A stretch of 64,000 nucleotides of DNA. Source: Squalus acanthias (lineage: Eukaryota). Positions 55,401 to 64,000 of this stretch are shown one piece after another. How positions within the stretch are numbered: the first letter of the stretch is position 1; every line of letters starts with the position of its first letter. The stretch lies in NCBI GenBank assembly GCA_030390025.1, contig JASTWF010000368.1, positions 124,001 through 188,000 of the forward strand, written 5' to 3'. The translations under genes were made by a program, and so were the position numbers. The notes under the pieces were generated by a model. That model had not been told where the DNA came from, did not search any database, and saw only the letters and a program-made list of their open reading frames with translations.

Positions 55401-56450
55401 TGAGAAGTCGCACAACACCAGGTTATAGTCCAACAGATTTATTTAATTTTACAAGCTTTCGGAGCTGTCGCTCCTTCCTCAGGTAAGTTAGCAGTGAGAG
55501 AATCTCCCAGAATTCACAATTTAAACACAGACAAAATCTATTCAAATATTTCCCTACATCAAAGACACACTAAGAGCACAGCCAAGACAATGAGATGTGT
55601 CCCAGGGGGTCCAACGTGTCAAACCACCTGCTGGCTGCATATCCTGTCAATTTGTGTTGGTTTCTTGTGTTAGTCTTTTTTAAAAAAAACACCTGGGAAG
55701 ACCGGCCATGATGTCAAGTCACGTTCTGTATCGTGACATGAACCCGATATCGCGATTGAGGCCATCCTCATGAGTGCGGAACTTGGCTATCAGTTTCTGC
55801 TCTATGATTTTGCGCTGTCGTGTATCCCGAAGGCCGCCTTGGAGGACGCTTACCCGCAGATCCGAGGCTGAATGCCCCTGGCTGCTGAAGTGTTCCCCGA
55901 CTGGGAGGCAACCCTCCTGCCTGGCGATTGTTGCGCGGTGTCCATTCATACGTTGTCTCAGTGTCTGCATGGTCTCGCCGATGTACCATGCTCTGGAGCA
56001 TCCTTTACTGCAACGTATCAGGTAGACAACATTGGCCGAGTCACATGAGTATGTACCGTGTACCTGGTGGGTAGTGTCCTCACGTGTGATGATGGTATCT
56101 GTGTCCATGATTTGGCATGTCTTGCAGAGGTTGCCGTGGCAGGGTTGTGTGGTGTCTTGGTTGCTGTTCTCCTGAAAGATGGGTAATCTGCTGCGAACGA
56201 TGGTACTTTTGAGGTTAGGCGGCTGCTTGAAGGCGAGTAGTGGAGGCGTGGGGATGGCCTTAGCAAGGTGTTCGTTTTGTCTGTGTTTAAATTGTGAATT
56301 CTGGGAGATTCTCTCACTGCTAACTTACCTGAGGAAGGAGCGACAGCTCCGAAAGCTTGTAAAATTAAATAAATCTGTTGGACTATAACCTGGTGTTGTG
56401 CGACTTCTCATTTTTGTCCACCCCAGTCCAACGCCGGCATCTCCACATCA
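55401..56450 (-). mobile_element. Penelope-like element: GIY-YIG endonuclease fragment between inverted pseudo-LTRs
   Basis: Minus-strand NVVYLIRC..C..WYIGET..LRQRMNGHR...PVGEHF...GLN; 55400-55535 is the reverse complement of 56276-56411. Confidence 0.92.
56322..56365 (+). ncRNA. Minimal hammerhead-ribozyme-like motif in the Penelope pLTR (inverted copy at ~55446-55490)
   Basis: CTGAGGA-A-GGAGC-GACA-GCTCC-GAAA-GCTT. Confidence 0.6.
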
Positions 56451-57379
56451 CAACCTTAAAGAGACCGCCCTCTTAGCAATCTTAAAGGGACCCCACTCTT
56501 AGCAATCTTAAAGAAAGCCCCCTCTTAAAACCTTAAAGAGACCCCCCTTTTAGCAACCTTAACGAGACCGCCCTCTTAGCAATCTTAAAGAGACTCCTCT
56601 TAGCAATCTTAGAGACTCCTCTTAGCAATCTTAAAGAGACCCCTCTTAGCAATCTTAGAGACTCCTCTTAGCAATCTTAAAGAGACTCCTCTTAGCAATC
56701 TTAAAGAGACTCCTCTTAGCAATCTTAGAGACTCCTCTTAGCAATCTTAAAGAGACTCCTCTTAGCAATCTTAGAGACTCCTCTTAGCAATCTTAAAGAG
56801 ACTCCTCTTAGCAATCTTAAAGAGACTCCTCTTAGCAATCTTAGAGACTCCTCTTAGCAATCTTAAAGAGACTCCTCTTAGCAATCTTAGAGACTCCTCT
56901 TAGCAATCTTAAAGAGACTCCTCTTAGCAATCTTAGAGACTCCTCTTAGCAATCTTAAAGAGACTCCTCTTAGCAATCTTAGAGACTCCTCTTAGCAATC
57001 TTAAAGAGACTCCTCTTAGCAATCTTAAAGAGACTCCTCTTAGCAATCTTAGAGACTCCTCTTAGCAATCTTAAAGAGACTCCTCTTAGCAATCTTAGAG
57101 ACTCCTCTTAGCAATCTTAAAGAGACTCCTCTTAGCAATCTTAAAGAGACTCCTCTTAGCAATCTTAAAGAGACTCCTCTTAGCAATCTTAGAGACTCCT
57201 CTTAGCAATCTTAGAGAGACCCCTCTTAGCAATCTTAAAGGGGCCCATCACGGCAACCTGAAAGGGGACTCCCCCCCCCTAAGGAACAATTACATTTATC
57301 CCTCCACCGTCCCACCCTCTTCTTCTTCTTAACAACAGTGAGCACACTTCACAAAAAAGAATAAAAGTTCTTTATTGGC

Positions 57380-57596
57380 TTCGGGCCGGTGTCTGAGGTT
57401 GAGGTCGGTGACGTCGATCGGAGGCTGGGGCCTTGCGGATGACGTCATTACGCCGGTCGTCGGCAGGGCCCCCCGGTGACGCAATGACGCTGGCAGGGGT
57501 ACCCCGGTGACGCAACGCCGCCGGCTGCCATGGTGATGCGGCCTAGTCCCCCCCCCAAGCCCTGGAATCTAAAGCCTGTGGGCCTGGTGGGGGGGA
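57380..57596 (+). promoter_or_regulatory. Gene C CpG-rich promoter with CRE/ATF sites and X-box-like motif
   Basis: TGACGTCA 57440-57447; several TGACG half-sites; GCTGCCATGGTGAT 57524-57537. Confidence 0.65.
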
Positions 57597-57729
57597 ATGG
57601 AGCGCAGCCCGATCCCCGAGCCCGTCCGGCGGCGCCTCCACAGCCTGAGTCAGACCGTCTTCACCCGGGACCGCAGGGAGGAGGCGGCGGCGGCGGAACA
57701 GGAGGAGAGGCCGCTGCGGTGTGTCCCAG
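57597..57729 (+). CDS. TMEM17: Gene C exon 1: transmembrane protein 17 (MERSPIPEPVRRRLHSLSQTVFTRDRREE...); remaining exons lie beyond the window
   Basis: Strong match to the TMEM17 N-terminus (LPDPVRQRLGNFSRAVFSD); donor CAG|GTAAAG is phase 1, as in genes A and B. Confidence 0.78.
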
Positions 57730-57771
57730 GTAAAGGCCCCGGGGAACAAGGGGGACGAAAAATAGAGAAAG

Positions 57772-59058
57772 ACTCGCCTTTCACCACCTCAGGACGTCCC
57801 AAAGCAACTTCACAGACAATTAAGTACTTTTTTTTGAAGTGCAGTCACTGTTGTAATGTAGGAATCGCAGCAGCCAATTCGTGCACAGCAAGATCCCACA
57901 CACAGCCATGTGATCAATGACCAGATAATCTGTTTTTAATGATGTTGATTGAGGGATAAATATTGGCCCCAGTGACAACTCCCCTGTTCTTCCAAGAGTG
58001 GCCATGGGGTCTGTTACGTCCACCTGAGAGAGCAGACTGGGCCTCGGTTTAACGTCTCATGCCGAAAGACAGCACCTCCGACAGTGCAGCGCTCCCTCAG
58101 TACTGCCCCTCCGACAGTGCAGCGCTCCCTCAGTACTGTCCCTCCGACAGTGCAGCGTTCCCTCAGTACTGCCCCTCCGACAGTGCAGCGCTCACTCAGT
58201 ACTGCCCCTCCGACAGTGCGGCGCTCCCTCAGTACTGCCCCTCCGACAGTGCGGAACTCCCTCAGTACTGCCCCTCCGACAGTGCAGCGCTCCCTCAGTA
58301 CTGCCCCTCCGACAGTGCAGCGCTCACTCAGTACTGCCCCTCCGACAGTGCAGTGCTCCCTCAGTACTGCCCCTCCGACAGTGCGGAACTCCCTCAGTAC
58401 TGCCCCTCCGACAGTGCTGCGCTCCCTCAGTACTGCCCCTCCGACAGTGCAGCGCTCCCTCAGTACTGCCCCTCCGACAGTGCAGCGCTCCCTCAGTACT
58501 GCCCCTCCGACAGTGCAGCACTCCCTCAGTACTGCCCCTCCGACAGTGCAGCGCTCCCTCAGTACTGCCCCTCCGACAGTGCAGCGCTCCCTCAGTACTG
58601 CCCCTCCGACAGTGCAGCGCTCCCTCAGTACTGCCCCTCCGACAGTGCAGCGCTCCCTCAGTACTGTCCCTCCGACAGTGCGGCGCTCCCTCAGTACTGC
58701 CCCTCCGACAGTGCAGTGCTCCCTCAGTACTGCTCCTCCGACAGTGCAGCGCTCCCTCAGTACTGTCCCTCCGACAGTGCAGCGCTCACTCAGTACTGCC
58801 CCTCCGACAGTGCAGCGCTCCCTCAGTACTGCCCCTCCGACAGTGCGGTGCTCCCTCAGTACTGCCCCTTCGACAGTACTGCCCCTCCGACAGTGCAGAG
58901 CTCCCTCAGTACTGCCCCTCCGACAGTGCAGCACTCCCTCAGTACTGCACTGGAGTGTTAGCCTAGATTTTTGTGTTCAAGTTCCATGGAGTGGGACTTG
59001 AACCCACAACCTTTTGACTCAGAGGCGAGAGTTCTACCATCTGAGCCACAGCTGACAC
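57772..59058 (-). mobile_element. SacSINE1-like SINE with large internal 32-bp minisatellite expansion (58075-58945)
   Basis: Reverse-complement homolog of 968-1845 with about twice as many units. Confidence 0.9.
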
Positions 59059-59212
59059 TGGAGAGAGAGAGAGAGAAACACCCCAGGACAGGAGGGTGGT
59101 GGTGGGTTTCGGCCACCATCTTTGCTGCTGGCAGATGTGCGCATTCTGGGGGAGACCCAGAGAGAGACGGCGAGGCATCGGCAAAAGCAGTTACCGCACC
59201 AGGACTGATCAC

Positions 59213-59600
59213 GAATCACTAACCCTCAGTCACTAACCCCCATTCTCCATCCACCAATCACTAACCCCCATTCACTATCCACCAATCGCTAACCCCCATT
59301 CTCCATCCACCAATCGCTAACCCCCATTCACTATCCACCAATCGCTAACCCCCATTCTCCATCCACCAATCGCTAACCCCCATTCACTATCCACCAATCG
59401 CTAACCCCCATTCTCCATCCACCAATCGCTAACCCCCATTCACTATCCACCAATCGCTAACCCCCATTCTCCATCCACCAATCACTAACGCCGAGTCACT
59501 ATCGACCAATCACTAACGGCGAGTCACTATCGACCAATCACTAACCCCCCAGTTGCTTACCCCCCAATCGCTAATCACTAACAATAATCACCAACCACAG
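59213..59600. repeat. ~28-bp minisatellite (CCAATCGCTAACCCCCATTCTCCATCCA and variants)
   Basis: Tandem alternating units. Confidence 0.85.
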
Positions 59601-59624
59601 CACCAATTACCAACCACTAATTAC

Positions 59625-60576
59625 AGAGCTGGATGTCAGACAAGCAGTCTGGCAATTTAGAGACAGTGGAGGAGTGGAGAGAAGTGGTGGTGAGGTAGAG
59701 CTGGGTGTGGTCAGTGTACATGTGGAAACACAACGCTTTGTTTTCGGATGATGTCGCTGAGGGGCAGCATGTGGACGAGAAATAGGAGGGAGCCAAGGAT
59801 AGATCCTTGGAAGACACCAGAGGTAACGGTGCGGGAGTGGGAAGAGAAGCCATTGCAGGTGATTCTCTGGCTACGATTAGATAGATAAGAATGGAACCAG
59901 GAGAGTGCAGTCCCACCCAGCTGGATGACGGTGGAGAGGCGTTGGAGGAGGATGGAGTGGTCAACCATGTCAAAGGCTGCAGACAGCTCACGAAGGATGA
60001 GGAGAGATAGTTTACCTTTGTCACAGTCACATAGGATGTCATTTGTGACTTTGATAAGAGTCGTTTCGGTACTGTGGCGGGAGCAGAAACCTGATTGGAG
60101 GGATTCAAACATGGAGTTCCGGGAAAGATGGGCACGGATTTGGGAGGCAAAAAACATGTTCAAGGACTTTGGAGAGGAAAGGGAGGTTGGAGATGGGGTG
60201 GTAGTTTGCAAGGACGGAGGGGGGGTCAAGGGTTGGTTTTTTGAGGAGAGGGGTGATGACGGCAGATTTGAAGGCAAGGGGGAACAGTACCTGAGGAGAG
60301 AGAACTGTTAACAATATCAGCTAACACGGGAACCAGTAAAGGAAGTTGGGTGGTCAGCAGTTTGGTGAGAATACGGTCGAGGGAGCAGGAAGTGGGTCTC
60401 ATGGACAAGATGAGCTCGGAGAGGGCATGAGTGGAGTTGAGAGGAAAAACCAGAGAAAGAAGCAAGTTCAGGGCTAGGGCAGGGGGGAACCTTGGAGGAA
60501 GTTTGGTCTGGTGGGCTAGGGGAAGGGAGGGAAGTGGCTGAACGGATGGTCTCAATCTTAGAGACAAAGAAGTCCA
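59625..60576 (-). mobile_element. L2-type LINE reverse-transcriptase fragment, degraded
   Basis: NYHPISNLPFLSK, QSGF..HSTET.LIKVTNDIL, LSAAFD.VDHSILL, SGV.QGSILG. Confidence 0.9.
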
Positions 60577-61483
60577 CTAACCCTAACCACTAATCTTAAT
60601 CACAATCCTTGTACATTAACAATGACCACCGGTAAACCTAAACTCTAACCTCAATCGCTAACCCTATCTGCTAACACCAACCCTCATCATAATCTTAACC
60701 CCTAACCAACCTCACTCACCCTACTCAATGTCAAGGCTCTAGAGCAGAGTAGAGGTTTGGGTAAAAATAAGCAGAGTGGGTCAGCAAGGGATAGAGAGAG
60801 TAACAAAGGTAATAGGGCATCAGTGACTAAGGTGACATCACGGAAAAATAGTAAAAAGTCAAAGCTAAGGACACTATATCTGAATGCGCGAAGCATTCGC
60901 AACAAAATAGTGCAGATAGAAATGAATAGGTTTGATCTAATAACCATTATGGAGACATGGTTGCAAAGTGACCAAGGTTGGGAACTAAATATTCCAGGAT
61001 ACTTAACTTTTAGAAGAGATAGGCAAAATGGAAAAGAAGGAGGGGTAGCCCTGATGATAAAGGATGGGATAAAGACAGTAGAGAGAAAGGATCTTCGCTC
61101 CGAAAATCAAGAAGTAGAATCAGTTTGGGTGGAGCTAAGAAACAGCAAGGGGCAGAAAACATTGGTGGGAGTTGTTTGTAGGCCCCCAAACAGTAGCTGT
61201 AATGTAGGACCGAGTATAAATCAGGAAATTAGAGGCGCATGTAACAAGGATAATACAGTAATCATGGGGACTTTAATCTACAATATAGACTGGGCAAACC
61301 AAATTTGCAGTGCTAGTGTGGAGGACGAATTCATGGAATGTATACAAGATCGTTTTCTCGATCAGTATGTTGCGGAACCAACTAGGGAACAGGCTATTTT
61401 AGATCTAGTATTGTGCAGTGTGAAAGGGTTAATTAATAACCTTGTAGTAAAGGGGCCTTTAGGGAAGAGTGACCATAATATGA

Positions 61484-62185
61484 TGGCCCGTAATTTCCGA
61501 TAGGAGGCTTCCTATCGGGAAAAAATCTACGCCCTTACCTGAGGTCTCTCGAGGTGCGGCCATTTCCGATCCTGGGCCTCTCCACAGTTGAAATGCGCAG
61601 GGCCCACGTATCTTAGGGGTGCATGCGGTTCGCAAGTGTCCCTGGGATCACGTGGGCCAGGCGAGCCAATGGGAGAAGGGAATCTCCCTTCATACTTTGG
61701 ACAGATAGACCTGTCAAAAGTATGAATGGAGTTCACCCCAAAAATACATCAAAACATTAAATAATTTTTTTTTTTTATCCCGTTTTTAAAATGAGTTAAA
61801 ATTACATTAAATTAAATATTTTAAACAAATTTTTTTAAAGTTTTTTACGGGGCTAAAAATAAACTTTTAAATTATAAATGAGTGGGAAAAAAATATATTT
61901 TTTAAACTCTTATGCTGGTAAAAGCAGGCCTTACGTCTGCTTTTACCAGGCGTAAGATTTCTAAGGGTTTTCAGCGGGCGGAGGTTCTGCAGAAAGCGGA
62001 ACTCTCCACCCCCGCAGAGGCCCTTCTCCAGGGCAGGCGTCCGATCTGTCAAGAGGATTCTTGACAGATCGGAAATGCCGGTTTTCAGCGCATGCACTTC
62101 GCATGCCTGAAACCGACATTTCCGATGTCCCTACGGGTGTGTACACAGCGCATACACACCTGTAGGCATCGGAAAATACGGGCCA
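61484..62185. mobile_element. Non-autonomous DNA transposon (MITE, possibly PIF/Harbinger-type)
   Basis: TIRs TGGCCCGTAATTTCCGAT and ATCGGAAAATACGGGCCA; splits the CR1 at SDHNM|IEF; internal hairpin at 61905-61960. Confidence 0.8.
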
Positions 62186-62446
62186 ATAGAATTTTATATT
62201 GAGTTTGAAAGTGATTTAGTTAAATCCGAAACTAGGGTCTTCAATCTAAACAAAGCAAACTACGTAGGTATGAGGGGCGAGTTGGCTAGGGTAGATTGGG
62301 AAACTACATTCAAAGGTATGACGGTAGACAAACAAATGGCTAGCATTTAAAGAATTAAAACATAATTTACAACAAATATACATTCCTTTAAGGCACAAAA
62401 CCCCACAGGAAAAGTGGTCCAACCGTGGCTAACAAGAGTAGTTAAA

Positions 62447-62983
62447 CCGTTCAGTCCGTAAGGGGGACCCCGAGCTCCCGGTGGCCTGTCACTTTAATTC
62501 TCCGCTCCACTCCCACTCTGACCTCGCCATCCTCGGCCTCTTGCATTGTTCCACGGAAGCACAGCGTAAGCTCGAGGAACAGCGCCTCATCTTTCATTTA
62601 GGCACTTTACAGCCCTCTGGACTCAATATCGAGTTCAACAATTTTAGATCATAACCTCAGCCCCTATCACATTTATATTTTATTTTTTCATCCACCCTTT
62701 TGTTTGGCTCCCCCCCCAACACTTCTTTTAGCCTCAACCTGTCACATTAACACCACCTCTTGCCTTGATCATCTCTTAATGTCTCTCAATGTCTCTTAAT
62801 CTCTCCTTTTGTTCTTTCATCCCCTCCCCCTTTTCCCAGCTTTATCCTTGCTTTAAATCTATTTCATTTCCTGCTATTTCCAGTTCTGACGAAAGGTCTT
62901 CGACCTGAAACGTTAACTCTGTTTCTCTCTCCACGGATGCTGCCTGGCCTGCTGAGTTTTTCCAGTGTTTTCTGTTGTTATTT
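62447..62983 (+). mobile_element. Penelope-like element 3' fragment with 8-bp TSD
   Basis: Frame ELPVACHFNS..HS.SDL.ILGL...RKLEEQRLIFHLGTLQPSGLN (GIY-YIG C-terminus); TAGTTAAA at 62439-62446 and 62984-62991. Confidence 0.88.
62881..62920 (+). ncRNA. Minimal type I hammerhead ribozyme motif
   Basis: AGTT-CTGACGA-A-AGGTC-TTC-GACCT-GAAA-CGTT-AACT: catalytic core, stem II, palindromic stem III and stem I AGTT/AACT. Confidence 0.72.
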
Positions 62984-63272
62984 TAGTTAAAGATAGTATT
63001 AGATCAAAGGAAGAGGCTTATAATGTTGCCAAAAAGAGTAGTAAGCCTGAGGATTTTAGAATTCAGCAAAGGAGGACCAAGAAATTGATAAGGAAATAGA
63101 AAAAAGAATATGAGAGTAAATTAGCAAGAGACATAAAAAGAGATTGCAAACGTTTCTATAGATATGTAAATAGGAAGAGGTTAGTAAAGTAAACATGGGC
63201 CCATTAGAGGCAGAGACAGGAGAAATTATAATGGGCAATAAGGAAATGCCAGAGACATACAACAAATACTTT

Positions 63273-64000
63273 GGGCTGGATTTTCAATGACCCGTGGAGT
63301 CGGGTTTGGAGGCGTGTGGGGGGTTAAAGTTGCAGATTCGGGGGTCCCGACCCCATCCCGACTCCATCCTGTCTCCACGCAATTTTGACAAAATCAGTCG
63401 CAGGGTTCCCGACTCCGTCCCGCCTCCAAGAGGTGGGAGAGGCCATTAAAGCACTTAACAAGCCCTAAATTGGCTCTGTAATGCCATTTTGAAACGTTTT
63501 AGCTAGTTTAACCCTTTTCCGACGTGAAGTACGCCTGATGTGAAACACGCCAGTGAAACCTGGCGGGAGCACAAGTGGATAGCTGACTCTCAGCTGCAGG
63601 TCCACTATTACAACGGAGATGTGATGAAGGTAGTAGTAGTATTAGGTCTGAAAGTCGCCTCTGATGCTGCTGCATTGAATGTCTTCAGAGACTGTCTGAC
63701 CTTTGCTGTGAGAGGACCTGGATGGAAAAAAAATTCTCTCTCTCTGTCTCTGTCTCTCTCTCCTGCTGCTCATTTTGCATCCAGGTCCACTCACAGCAAA
63801 GGCCAGGCAGTCTCTGACCTGCAATGCAGCAGCAATGATGACATCATCAGAGGCGACTTTCAGACTGAAACCACTAATTGGTTCATGGGTTCCCACATGC
63901 TGGAACTCAATTGCCCAATTAAGTGAAAATTGCATCATTCAACCACATTAATCTGGAGTCGGGGGGTGGGGGGGAACACGAAATGCGGATGACACGACCC
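63273..64000. mobile_element. Probable MITE/DNA transposon beginning GGGCTGGATTTTC, with an internal inverted repeat; runs off the window
   Basis: CR1 stops abruptly after NKYF; 63646-63730 is an inverted copy of 63772-63867. Confidence 0.55.

Larger units (their letters stand above)
53250..57262. repeat. ~23-27-bp minisatellite (CCTCTTAGCAA[C/T]CTTAAAGAGAC) filling the B-C intergenic region, interrupted by TEs
   Basis: Blocks at 53250-53795, 54652-54682, 55122-55400 and 56451-57262. Confidence 0.93.
60740..63272 (+). mobile_element. CR1 LINE ORF2 5' region (APE endonuclease and tether) interrupted by a MITE and a Penelope
   Basis: YLNARSIRNK, ETW, RRDR...GGVAL, LDLVL, LGKSDH; collinear continuation at 62186-62446 and 62984-63272. 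Confidence 0.9.

Noticed and set aside
58014..59001. ~300-aa repeat ORFs in three frames
   Set aside because: SINE-internal minisatellite, with the same unit at 1075-1505
57730..64000. Exon 2 of gene C
   Set aside because: No TMEM17-like exon 2 found; the region is almost entirely TEs, so the remaining exons presumably lie beyond the window

Overview
This is vertebrate genomic DNA, most likely from a cartilaginous fish (shark), judged from the SacSINE1/DeuSINE-like SINEs, CR1 and L2 LINEs and Penelope elements. Most of the window is repeats. These include a ~21 kb 22-bp minisatellite with a 200-N gap, several LINE- and SINE-derived minisatellites, and nested transposons. Hidden among them, and not visible as whole ORFs in the six-frame track, is a cluster of three intron-containing genes of the TMEM17/TMEM216/TMEM80 ciliary transition-zone membrane protein family. 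Gene A (+; exons 2455-2518, 24246-24346, 27253-27363, 29142-29369) encodes 167 aa. Gene B (-; exons 53042-52952, 45060-44957, 41979-41869, 40483-40286) also encodes 167 aa. Gene C (+; exon 1 at 57597-57729) is closest to canonical TMEM17 and continues beyond the window. A and B are strongly diverged paralogs with intact frames, GT-AG introns of phase 1/0/0 and polyA signals. All three genes have CpG-rich promoters with RFX X-box-like and CRE-type sites, and share a motif in intron 1. Two Penelope-like elements carry minimal hammerhead ribozyme motifs. Family assignments come from recalled sequences, not from a database search.
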